From assembly GCA_963735805.1 (NCBI GenBank), contig CAVTMK010000002.1, positions 192,001 through 256,000 of the forward strand: a stretch of 64,000 nucleotides of DNA, read 5' to 3'. This DNA is from an uncultured Verrucomicrobiae bacterium (GTDB taxonomy: Bacteria > Verrucomicrobiota > Verrucomicrobiia > Chthoniobacterales > UBA10450). Below the pieces are notes generated by a model, which saw nothing but the letters and a program-made list of their open reading frames with translations, was not told the DNA's origin and did not search any database. Position 1 is the first letter of the stretch. The number at the start of each line of letters is the position of its first letter. A program made the position numbers and the translations under genes. Positions 50,434 through 60,421 of this stretch are shown here, in pieces.

Positions 50434-50674
50434 GTCAATATTCGGGTGCGGATTTTACCCGAAACGGGCGAACGACGCAATGCACGGTCACGAATATAAA
50501 AGTGGGGGCAAATGACGAAATCCGAACGACCAGCAGCTCCGCCACGTCAAAGCGTTTAGAATAATGAACCATTTTAAGGGTGTAACGAATCACCAATCAT
50601 GTGGGGTTTCCCCATTTTGCATTGCCAATTTGTTCATGGTAACCTTTTTACAACGGTAAATCCCGTTCCTATTT

Positions 50675-52714
50675 ATGCCTCAGTTCGATCGCAACTCGCA
50701 AAAGGAGAATAAAAACCGGGGTAGCGAACCCAATTTCAATTGGCGTGGCGTCATCCTCATCGTGATCGCCTTTAGTCTCATCGCCATGGCGATGCTCTTT
50801 TACCGCGGCGGAATGCAGCCGGTCGAAGACGTGCCGTACAACCGGTTCCTCGAACTGCTGGAGAACAAACAAATCGTTAACGACAAAAACTCTCCGCTCC
50901 AGTTGGTGGTTGAGGATGGCCGGCCAACTCAAACGTTGCGCGGCGCTTACACCCGCCAGGGAATAGGTGCGGCGCCGTCTCAGCAGGTGCCGTTTAAAAC
51001 CACGGTTTATTTGACTTTCACAAACGATCTGCAGCAAAAGCTCGCTGCCGCCGGTATTCAGCCCGCCATCAAGACTGAATCGAACATGCTTGCGCAAACC
51101 GTGGTCGGGTTTCTGCCGATCGCCCTTTTCTTGCTGGTGCTGTATTTCCTGTTCCGCCAGCAAATCCGCATGGCTGGGAAAGGCGCGCTCAACTTCGGCA
51201 AATCGAAGGCGCGCATGCTCGCCCGCGATAAGAACAAAATCACCTTTCGCGATGTCGCCGGAGTCGAGGAAGCGAAGGATGAAGTGCAGGAGCTCGTCGA
51301 GTTTTTGCGTGATCCGAAAAAATTTCAGAAGCTCGGCGGACGCATTCCAAAAGGCGTCCTGATGGTCGGGCCTCCGGGCACTGGCAAGACGCTTTTAGCG
51401 CGCGCCATTGCAGGAGAAGCGGATGTCCCGTTCTTTTCCATCAGCGGCTCGGATTTTGTTGAGATGTTTGTCGGCGTCGGCGCGTCGCGGGTGCGTGACA
51501 TGTTCGACCAGGGCAAAAAATCCGCGCCCTGCATCATCTTCATCGATGAAATCGACGCAGTCGGACGCCATCGCGGTCATGGCGTAGGTGGCGGTCACGA
51601 TGAACGGGAACAAACGTTAAATGCGTTGCTGGTCGAGATGGACGGGTTCGATACTCAGGAAGGCGTCATCATCATCGCAGCCACGAACCGTCCCGATGTT
51701 CTCGATCCCGCTTTGCTGCGGCCGGGGCGTTTCGATCGCCAGATCACGGTCAATCTGCCTGATGTGAAAGGACGCGAAGAAATTTTGCGTGTCCACGCCA
51801 AGAAAGTGAAGCTTGCCGAGGGCGTCGATCTCGCAGTTGTCGCGCGCGGCACGCCTGGTTACTCAGGCGCCGAATTGGCGAATGTCATCAACGAAGCGGC
51901 ATTACTCGCCGCGCGTCGGGGATTAAAGGGAATCACCCTCGCGGAACTCGAAGAAGCGCGGGACAAAGTTCGCTGGGGCAAAGAACGCCGAAGCCTTGCG
52001 CTCAGCGAAAAGGAAAAGCAGAACACCGCGTACCACGAAGCCGGTCACGCATTGTTGCTCGAACTTTTGCCGCACACCGAGCCGTTGCACAAAGTCACCA
52101 TTATTCCGCGCGGGCCGTCGCTTGGATCGACCATGTGGTTGCCGGAGGAAGATAAATACACAAATCGCAAAAACGAATTGCTGGCCGGTCTTTCCGTCAG
52201 CATGGGCGGCCGCGTGGCCGAGGAAATCATCTTCGGCGACATCACAAACGGCGCGCGCGGCGACATCAAAATGGCTACGGCGATCGCGCGCCGGATGGTT
52301 TGCGAATGGGGCATGAGCGAAAAAATGGGCATGGTCGAATACGGCGACCACGAAGATTACGTTTTCCTCGGACGCGACATTTCTCGGGCGCGCGATTACA
52401 GCGAAGCGACTGCCGAGCAGATCGATCAGGAAGTGCGCAAACTCCTCGATGATGCGTATCATCTGGCGAAGGAAACGCTCACAGCGAATCGCGATAAACT
52501 CGAAGTAATCGCAAAAGCCTTGCTTGAGTTCGAAACCTTGGACGGCTCGCAGATCAAAGAAATCGTCGAACACGGTCGCCTGATTAATCCGCCGCCGGGC
52601 TCAGCGCCGCCGCCGGATAAAAAAATGCCACCAGAAAAGCCGCCAAAACAAGTTGTAGCCGCACCCGACGTCACACCACCGCTCCCTGGCGCACTGGGCG
52701 GCGCCCCCGCATAA
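50675..52714 (+). CDS. ftsH: ATP-dependent zinc metalloprotease FtsH
   Basis: Two TM helices, [26 protein letters not shown]. Confidence 0.97.
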   Translation: MPQFDRNSQKENKNRGSEPNFNWRGVILIVIAFSLIAMAMLFYRGGMQPVEDVPYNRFLELLENKQIVNDKNSPLQLVVEDGRPTQTLRGAYTRQGIGAAPSQQVPFKTTVYLTFTNDLQQKLAAAGIQPAIKTESNMLAQTVVGFLPIALFLLVLYFLFRQQIRMAGKGALNFGKSKARMLARDKNKITFRDVAGVEEAKDEVQELVEFLRDPKKFQKLGGRIPKGVLMVGPPGTGKTLLARAIAGEADVPFFSISGSDFVEMFVGVGASRVRDMFDQGKKSAPCIIFIDEIDAVGRHRGHGVGGGHDEREQTLNALLVEMDGFDTQEGVIIIAATNRPDVLDPALLRPGRFDRQITVNLPDVKGREEILRVHAKKVKLAEGVDLAVVARGTPGYSGAELANVINEAALLAARRGLKGITLAELEEARDKVRWGKERRSLALSEKEKQNTAYHEAGHALLLELLPHTEPLHKVTIIPRGPSLGSTMWLPEEDKYTNRKNELLAGLSVSMGGRVAEEIIFGDITNGARGDIKMATAIARRMVCEWGMSEKMGMVEYGDHEDYVFLGRDISRARDYSEATAEQIDQEVRKLLDDAYHLAKETLTANRDKLEVIAKALLEFETLDGSQIKEIVEHGRLINPPPGSAPPPDKKMPPEKPPKQVVAAPDVTPPLPGALGGAPA

Positions 52715-52717
52715 TTT

Positions 52718-52745
52718 GTCATTCCGAGCGAAAGTCGAGGAATCT
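52718..52745 (+). repeat. Single REP-like arm related to 40015-40097
   Basis: GTCATTCCGAGCGAAAGTCGAGGAATCT directly after the ftsH stop. Confidence 0.5.
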
Positions 52746-52800
52746 CAAGATTATCTTCGCCACAGCTTTCGCGCCTCCCCGCGAATCGCGCGCGCTTAAC

Positions 52801-52890
52801 TTAATAATACTTGCGCCGGATGACGTCTCGCACCTGGTCGAGCAGTTTGGGTTTGTTAGACTCTTCGGCACTGGTTATCCTCTTGGTCAT
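52801..52890 (-). pseudogene. intI: Truncated integron integrase (N-terminal 29 aa only)
   Basis: MTKRITSAEESNKPKLLDQVRDVIRRKYY*, matching the IntI N-terminal KLLDQVR..IRxxHYS signature; divergent from the cassettes. Confidence 0.8.
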
Positions 52891-52959
52891 GGCAACAGCG
52901 ATTTTGTCTTCGCGGTTCCAAAACTCAAGCCCGATTGGACCCAAAATCTGGGTATTTGT

Positions 52960-52998
52960 CTCGAAATGCCCAAAAATTAGATCGAATGCTCGTTAGGT
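52960..52998 (+). other. attI-like recombination site (core GTTAGGT)
   Basis: GTTRRRY at 52992-52998 between intI and the first cassette; exact complement of ACCTAAC at 53503; left boundary approximate. Confidence 0.65.
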
Positions 52999-53007
52999 CA
53001 GAATCGG

Positions 53008-53508
53008 ATGACTGTTGCACTCCGCGAAGTTACGAAGGAAGATCTGCCGATTTTTTTTGAGCATCAGCTGGATGCCGAGGCGACACGTATGGCGGCGTTC
53101 CCCAGCCGCGACCGCGACGCCTTTATGGCGCATTGGGCCAGAATCATGAGTAAGGAGACCAACGAGACCGGAATCCTAAACACCATCCTCGCGGACGGCA
53201 CCGTGGCAGGCAACGTCGTCTATTGGGAAGCGGCGGGGGAGCCAAACATCGCCTACTGGCTCGGCAAGACACATTGGGGGAAGGGGATTGCTAGTGCGGC
53301 CCTGGCCCAATTCTTGACCAAGATAGAGGCGCGACCAGTTTACGCGCATGTCGCAAAGCACAATTTCGCTTCGATACGTGTCTTACAAAAATGCGGATTC
53401 CAACTTGCACGAGAGGATATGTGCGATGGCGATGATGGCGAAGAACTTGTTATGGAGCTGCGCTCCGATCGTTGCGCCACGGGCGCCAATAAACCCACAA
53501 AGACCTAA
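53008..53508 (+). CDS. Cassette 1: RimJ/RimL-type GNAT acetyltransferase
   Basis: YWLGKTHWGKGIA, NFASIRVLQKCGF; stop codon lies inside the attC R'' box. Confidence 0.88.
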   Translation: MTVALREVTKEDLPIFFEHQLDAEATRMAAFPSRDRDAFMAHWARIMSKETNETGILNTILADGTVAGNVVYWEAAGEPNIAYWLGKTHWGKGIASAALAQFLTKIEARPVYAHVAKHNFASIRVLQKCGFQLAREDMCDGDDGEELVMELRSDRCATGANKPTKT

Positions 53509-53537
53509 CCAATCGATGAAGCCTCTATCTTCTTTAA

Positions 53538-54683
<1,146 letters not shown>

Positions 54684-54803
54684 AACCAAGACAGTTACTA
54701 ACGGTCCCATTTCGAGATGCGTTCAGTGTGTTTGCGCCGACACCCCGCCGTGACTTATCTCCGTCTCGTTAGGGAGCGGCGTGCCGGCTACAATTCACGT
54801 CAA

Positions 54804-55392
54804 ATGCGCACCCATGTCGGATCGGCAGCCCTCTTTTGCGTTATCGCCGCCATATTTCTCGTCGAACTCACGACCGGAGCAGTCAGAAACGACGCTCGTC
54901 TCCTCCGGTTGGGCGCGTTACCTGATAGCGGTGAGATTGGTCACGAGGTACTGGCGTCTAATCACGTTCGGGTTTTCACACTGGGACCTCAACCATCTCT
55001 TGCTCAACACTGTCCTACTACTCATATTGGGACCGATCGTAGAGCGCCGCGCCGGTGCCGCGTGGCTGCTGCTCGTGTTCCTCACTGCATCAATAGCTAG
55101 CGGCGCCGGTATTCTCTTTAAACATCAGCTCTGGCCATCGCAAGGCGTCTCGCTTGGCGCCTCCGGCGGACTATTCGGCCTTCTCGGGGCGGCGCTCGTG
55201 CTTGCCTTCCGGGTCCCCTCACACACTAAATTCGCTCGGATGGGCGTGATTATCGTACTGGCAGTGGGACTAACCTACTCATTCTTCCCAGGCGTTAGTA
55301 TGATCGGGCACATCATTGGCTTGCTTGTAGGCATCGCGATGGGATTCTTGGTTCCTCAGGCGACAGCGAGGCCCGTGGTCGCGGATGCCTAA
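54804..55392 (+). pseudogene. Cassette 2: rhomboid protease with a +1 frameshift
   Basis: MRTHV..GEIGHE shifts at about 54947 to YWRLIT..HLLLN..GASGG..GHIIG. Confidence 0.75.
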
Positions 55393-55420
55393 TATGCCGT
55401 GGAGCATTCACCCCCCCCCA

Positions 55421-55672
55421 ACGTAACCACTCGATGAAGCCAACTCCGGAAGCTTTGACCCTTTCGCTCCCGCTCATTTGAAACTCGCTCCTTCCCTCGC
55501 AGTTTTACCTTCTATGTCGCTTTTCCGTTAAGCTCCATTCGACCTCTCGGTTTGCCCGTCTATGTAGCTCGTGTCCCGCGGCCCGATTCGCGAGCAGGCT
55601 GGCCCCATTGCGAAGCAAGTCCAACGTGTTTGCCACGATACCGTGCCGTGGCGTATCTCTTTCTCATTAGAC
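55421..55672 (+). other. Degenerate or composite attC site 2
   Basis: Left arm TAACCACTCGATGAAGCCAAC; 55601-55672 closely resembles 54703-54774 but ends ATTAGAC. Confidence 0.6.
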
Positions 55673-55688
55673 CGCAAGGTCTGCAGCT

Positions 55689-55934
55689 ATGAAATACATT
55701 GTTGGACTTGTGACCATGGGATTGCTCGCCGTTCTTGCGCTCGTTGTGGCCGGCTATTGCCTGTGGCTGACCACTACGTCTCTCTCGTATGCGCGAGTGG
55801 ATGCCGTGGAGAATGGGATTTTGCTGTCACTCGGCGTTTTTATGATGGCATTGGCCAGCTCAGCCGTAATTATCACGCGCTGGCTTCGATCAAGACGGAC
55901 AGAATCCAGTTCGAAAACTACGTCAAACGCCTGA
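55689..55934 (+). CDS. Cassette 3: small 2-TM hypothetical protein
   Basis: ORF starts just after ATTAGAC; two hydrophobic helices. Confidence 0.55.
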   Translation: MKYIVGLVTMGLLAVLALVVAGYCLWLTTTSLSYARVDAVENGILLSLGVFMMALASSAVIITRWLRSRRTESSSKTTSNA

Positions 55935-56031
55935 TACGATGCAGCGAACCCAGATCTTTGTTGTAAGCTCTCGGTCCATGCACACGCCAACTTTTCAAGT
56001 TGTTGGGGGGTGCAACTCGGCCTTGTTAGAT
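55922..56031 (+). other. Degenerate attC site 3
   Basis: GTCAAAC..GATGCAGCGAAC...GTTAGAT, overlapping the next ATG. Confidence 0.45.
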
Positions 56032-56335
56032 GGTTAAGCGCATCTTACTGCGAAAGGTCGTCGCTGTTGCCGCCCTTCTCGGCATTCTTGTTCCGATCGC
56101 TCTGCTGGTTCGAACGCTGTTGCTCGGGCGTCTCTTCGGCAGCACTTTGGAATTGCTGCTCTATCCCGGGTCCATCTTTCTGTTCAATCAATCGCGTCAC
56201 TCGTCATTCTACGGACTGACAACCTTTGGGTTGAGTCTTGTGGTCACCGTCGCGCTATATGCATTGGCCGGGGCGATCTTGTTCGGTATTGTCCGAGGCA
56301 TAGTGAGTGCATGGCGTTTTGTGCGGCAACGGTAA
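56030..56335 (+). CDS. Cassette 4: small membrane hypothetical protein
   Basis: ATG lies within GTTAGATG; hydrophobic helices. Confidence 0.55.
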   Translation: MVKRILLRKVVAVAALLGILVPIALLVRTLLLGRLFGSTLELLLYPGSIFLFNQSRHSSFYGLTTFGLSLVVTVALYALAGAILFGIVRGIVSAWRFVRQR

Positions 56336-56360
56336 GCGACAAGAGAAACAGTAGCGGCGT

Positions 56361-56699
56361 ATGGGAACGAAGACGATGGCAGTGCTGGTCACGATTGCCT
56401 TTAGCGTGATCGGCGTCCTGGGTGACTATTTTCTCAAGCTGGCCAGCGGGCGCGAACAACCGCTGCGCACGAGCTGGTTTTACCTCGGCTTCGTCCTATA
56501 TGCCTCGACGGCGTTCGGCTGGGTGTTCGTAATGAAGCACCTGAAGCTGGCTACTATCAGTGTCCTTTACTCTGTCTCTCTGGTCCTGCTTCTCACTGCA
56601 ATCGGCGTGGTGTTGTTCCAGGAGTCACTGACCTACTTTGAGATGTTCGGGATCGTGTTAGCCGTGGCCTCGCTCGTGCTGTTGATGCGTTTCGCCTAG
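56361..56699 (+). CDS. Small 4-TM DMT/SMR-like transporter
   Basis: 112 aa, GDYFLK, LFQESL..GIVLA pattern. Confidence 0.7.
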   Translation: MGTKTMAVLVTIAFSVIGVLGDYFLKLASGREQPLRTSWFYLGFVLYASTAFGWVFVMKHLKLATISVLYSVSLVLLLTAIGVVLFQESLTYFEMFGIVLAVASLVLLMRFA

Positions 56700-56724
56700 C
56701 GATAAGACAATGCCTATCCCGAAG

Positions 56725-56841
56725 ATCTAACCAAGCGATCAAACCAACTCCCACGGCCTTCGCCTACAGATGTTGCATCAAAGACAACTTGCTACAACAC
56801 GGAGAAACAGATAACAACAGCGAGCAACTCCTACGTTAGAC
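56725..56841 (+). other. attC-like site 4
   Basis: ATCTAAC (complement of GTTAGAT at 56025) CAAGCGATCAAACCAAC ... GTTAGAC. Confidence 0.55.
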
Positions 56842-56843
56842 AA

Positions 56844-57464
56844 ATGACACGGAACTACCGCTTACTCTTCGGACCTTTGGCCGGAATTATTCTTGGTTTT
56901 GGCATAGCTGGCTTGGCGCTGCTGATTCCGGGCTATTGCCACGTTCAGCAAACGGTGAGCGAGATCGGAGAGATCGGTTCGCCGGCCAGGGTGCCCTTCG
57001 CTGTCATGTTAGGTTGCGTTGCGGTCTGCATTTTAGTCTTCGCTTGGGGTGTTCGCGATGTGTCGATAGCCGCACACCACTCCCGGTCAGCCGCATATTT
57101 GATTGGGTTTATGGCCTTGCCGGCTGCAGGAATTGGAGTCTTCGCCTACCCGCACCCGGCTCACAACGTTTTCGGAATGTCCGAACTGATCGGATATCAG
57201 GCACCGTTAGCCTTTGCCCTGACATGGAGACACGACGCGCGAGCGAAGACTCTTGTCACGCTCTCCTGGATTTTCTTTGTACTGATATGGGGTGCGATTG
57301 CTTTAAACTTAAGCCCATTTGTCGCCCCGGTTTGGACGCACATAAAGCCGATTCACGGGGTGATACAAAGAGCTCTTTTTGCTGCCTGGTTCGGTTGGTG
57401 CGCTGTACTAGGCATATTGCTGTTCCTACGAAACTGGCAGAATTCTGCCCATCGAAGCGCCTAG
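56844..57464 (+). CDS. Cassette 5: DUF998-like membrane protein
   Basis: PGY..QQTVSEIG..GSP, HPAH, GVIQR; starts 2 nt after GTTAGAC. Confidence 0.7.
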   Translation: MTRNYRLLFGPLAGIILGFGIAGLALLIPGYCHVQQTVSEIGEIGSPARVPFAVMLGCVAVCILVFAWGVRDVSIAAHHSRSAAYLIGFMALPAAGIGVFAYPHPAHNVFGMSELIGYQAPLAFALTWRHDARAKTLVTLSWIFFVLIWGAIALNLSPFVAPVWTHIKPIHGVIQRALFAAWFGWCAVLGILLFLRNWQNSAHRSA

Positions 57465-57475
57465 AGTTACCTACT

Positions 57476-57910
57476 ATGGGAGCTCCTCTCGCAATCTTGG
57501 CGATAACGTTATTCGCTACTTCGGCGCGGTGTGCCGACGCCGACCGGAAACCACTCGATGACGAATCTTTGCGTAGCTACATGGCAGGCGAATATGACCT
57601 CATCGGACGGAAGGCCGAATCGACTGCGACTTACACCGGACATGTAACGATTCGAGATCAACGAGGGGTTTTACAAATAACAAGAACGTTCGAACGCAAA
57701 ATCGACGAATGCGTTGCTCGATTTGACACGGTGGCGGGCGCCGATCGTATCCCGGTGCTCAGAATGCGTTTTCGTTTCGACGGCAAAGAGTACGATGCCA
57801 CTTACCGCTGGCAATCTGATCCCGATAATTATCCGCGATTCGCCGGCTACTTTTATCTTGCCGGCACCAAATCGCCGGGGATTGAAGCGTTTTTTCCAAT
57901 CCATCAATGA
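57476..57910 (+). CDS. Hypothetical exported protein
   Basis: Signal peptide MGAPLAILAITLFATSARC; beta-rich body. Confidence 0.6.
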   Translation: MGAPLAILAITLFATSARCADADRKPLDDESLRSYMAGEYDLIGRKAESTATYTGHVTIRDQRGVLQITRTFERKIDECVARFDTVAGADRIPVLRMRFRFDGKEYDATYRWQSDPDNYPRFAGYFYLAGTKSPGIEAFFPIHQ

Positions 57911-58106
57911 CGCGAATGCGTTTCCGAGGCGAACAAGCAAGACTTTCGATCAAAACATCAAATCACTTCGCAATGAATTATGGACCTGGCCGTGCTCCTT
58001 AGTCATCATCGCTTATACGCCTGACGTATGATTGGATCTAAAAAGGCGATTTTACCTTACAATGCGCCAAACCGCAGTTCGCAAGTCTAGCCCGACGCCT
58101 CAGCGG

Positions 58107-58898
58107 ATGAACAAGAAATCCATGGTCCAAAAAAGACTGGATGGGAAAGTAGCGATCATTACCGGGGCCACGGGGGGGATCGGTGAGGCCACGGTGAGGC
58201 TTTTCCTGCGCGAGGGCGCCAACGTCATGTTGGTGGATCGCTCCTCGGATGAGTTAAAGGCCGCGTACGATCGGTTGGCTCCCAACAAAGCTATGGCGTG
58301 GTCTGTTGCCGACGCCAGCGATGAAGAGGCGACAGCGGCTGCCGTCGCAGCGACGATCAAAACTTTTGGCGGTGTGGACATCTTATTCGCCAACGCCGGC
58401 ACCGAAGGTCGGGTCAAGCCAATCGAGACAGTCAATGTAACGGAATTCGAACAAGTGCTGCGAACCAACATCCTCGGTGTCTGGCTCACGATAAAACATT
58501 GCGTCGAGCCTATGAAGAAACGGGGAAAGGGCTCAATGATCGCGACGGCTTCGGTCGCCGGCGTGATCGGTTATCCCGGCCTGGCTGCTTACAGCGCGAG
58601 CAAGCATGCGGTTTGCGGCCTGGTCAAAACAGCAGCGCTTGAGTTAGGTGCGCGTGGGATACGCGTGAATGCGATCGCGCCAGGACCGATCGACAATCGA
58701 ATGATGGGGTCGCTCGAATCCCAAATGTCGCCTGCGGATCCAACGTCCGTGCGCGAGGCAGTGAAGGCGAATATTGCGATGCAACGCTATGGCCTTAATG
58801 ACGAAGTGGCCAACCTTGCCGCGTTTCTCGGAAGCGACGAATCCTCGTATTGCACGGGCGCAATTTTTACGATTGACGGCGGATACACGGCTGCCTGA
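58107..58898 (+). CDS. Short-chain dehydrogenase/reductase
   Basis: TGATGGIG, NAG, YSASK, PGP, IDGG. Confidence 0.92.
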   Translation: MNKKSMVQKRLDGKVAIITGATGGIGEATVRLFLREGANVMLVDRSSDELKAAYDRLAPNKAMAWSVADASDEEATAAAVAATIKTFGGVDILFANAGTEGRVKPIETVNVTEFEQVLRTNILGVWLTIKHCVEPMKKRGKGSMIATASVAGVIGYPGLAAYSASKHAVCGLVKTAALELGARGIRVNAIAPGPIDNRMMGSLESQMSPADPTSVREAVKANIAMQRYGLNDEVANLAAFLGSDESSYCTGAIFTIDGGYTAA

Positions 58899-58947
58899 CC
58901 AGGTAACCCTTCATTCTCGTTAGCTATGGGAATTTGAGGCCGTCCTT

Positions 58948-59342
58948 ATGAAACCTAGCGCAACGATGCGGGTGGCCCGGCCAACTGATAACCTCACGGC
59001 GATTGCCGAGATGTATGCGAAAGGGCTGGGTTTCACCGTGCTGGCACGGTTTGAAAATCACCGCGGCTTTGATGGTGTTATCCTGGTCACGCCAAACAGC
59101 CCTACCATGTCGAGTTCACCTCGCAACGAGGACATCCGGTCGGCAAGGCCCCGACCCGGGATTATCTGCTGGTCTTTTACATTTCAAACAAGCGTGAATG
59201 GGAAACAGGCTGTGCACAGATGATATCGGCAGGCTTTCAGGAGGTGTCGTCCTACAACCCGTACTGGGACCTGCAAGGCAGGACGTTCGAAGATATCGAC
59301 GGCTATCGAGTGGTATTGCGGAACGCGACGTGGACGGAATAG
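58948..59342 (+). pseudogene. VOC/YycE-like protein with a -1 frameshift
   Basis: RVARPTD..GFDGVIL, then a shift at about 59085 to HAKQPYHVEFT..LLVFY..NPYW..FEDIDGYRVVL; preceded by CTCGTTAGCT. Confidence 0.8.
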
Positions 59343-59407
59343 GGCAGACAATTTTGTCCGCCCTGTTTTATGAGCCCTTGCAGGCAGAATTGCCGGCGCT
59401 ATTGACT

Positions 59408-59773
59408 CTATTTTGGAGATCGTGAATCGGCGTGCGTCTTAACGTCACGCCTTTGCTTGTCCACGACGCGGCGCAATTCGCGCTCCATCGTTTTGAACGC
59501 GTCGTGAATCACCTTGTTGAGCGGCTGGTGTGAGCCGTTATCCATCTGCTTTTCATCAGCAACCAATTCGTGGCCCCGTGCCACAGTTACATCGATACGG
59601 CACCGGTACGGGTTCCCTTTTTGATGTGTGTGATTAGTTTGCTCAATCGCCACATCGCAGCGGTTGATGTGGTCGCAAAATTTTTCTAGTCGCGTGGCAT
59701 AATCAAAAACGAGATTGTCGATCTGGTCAGATTTTTCCAGACCCCGATACGAGATCTTAACAGGCAGTTGCAT
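59408..59773 (-). CDS. HPF/RaiA-family ribosome-associated protein
   Basis: ISYRGLEKSD, LEKFCDHI..CDVAIE, IHDAF...RELR. Confidence 0.8.
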   Translation of the reverse strand: MQLPVKISYRGLEKSDQIDNLVFDYATRLEKFCDHINRCDVAIEQTNHTHQKGNPYRCRIDVTVARGHELVADEKQMDNGSHQPLNKVIHDAFKTMERELRRVVDKQRRDVKTHADSRSPK

Positions 59774-59837
59774 GATTATTTAAATAGTAATCCTCTACCT
59801 CGCGTTGAAGGAACAAAAATCGCGATACGCCATGGTT

Positions 59838-60305
59838 TCAAATTTGCTGCAGCGAACGAAACCGCGAAACGAGTTTCGCCGGTTCTACTTTTACCAAATC
59901 CGATTTCACATGTTCGACGATTCGGTCGCGCACTGCCGCAGGCAGAAGATCGACAATCGCTCCATGAATTTCTGCAGGCGCGGCAAACGACCATCCCGCC
60001 GTTCCATTTAGGGAAACAATTTTTGTAATTTGATCGGCGAGTTCCCTATGGATGCGGCGGTCCATTTCTGTTGTCAACTGCGTCCGCTCGGCAATGGAAG
60101 CCGCTCCATGGTGAGAACCGGCGCCGTTGGTCACCGGAAATCGCCCGGCCGAATCGCTCACTTTGTCCACTAACCTGCCGTGCGCGTCTGTGATGTTGAA
60201 CGCCTGCACTAACTGCAGATTTGGTCCACGCGTCGGCGTCTCGTTTACCCGATATGCTTTTAACTCGCCTCGATCAGTGACGATGATAAGCGAACTCGGT
60301 GTCAT
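59838..60305 (-). CDS. Host-attachment (AtsE / baeRF-like) family protein
   Basis: IIVTDRG, SDSAGRF, FAAP, SDLVK pattern. Confidence 0.7.
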   Translation of the reverse strand: MTPSSLIIVTDRGELKAYRVNETPTRGPNLQLVQAFNITDAHGRLVDKVSDSAGRFPVTNGAGSHHGAASIAERTQLTTEMDRRIHRELADQITKIVSLNGTAGWSFAAPAEIHGAIVDLLPAAVRDRIVEHVKSDLVKVEPAKLVSRFRSLQQI

Positions 60306-60421
60306 GAGGAATCACTGACCAAAAAATTGGCCGCGCATCAAAGATGCGTTCTACATGTCTATAGATTAATTCGTTTCTGGCAACAAGATTGCGTTGCCGA
60401 ATTTTTCTCTCGCGCAACAGG

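Noticed and set aside
56936..57475. Long 324-aa ORF overlapping DUF998
   Set aside because: Only the part from ATG 57476 looks protein-like; the rest is a shadow frame
60378..60392. Sigma-54-like TGGCAACAAGATTGC
   Set aside because: Spacing is correct, but it points into the 3' end of glgX with no sense gene downstream
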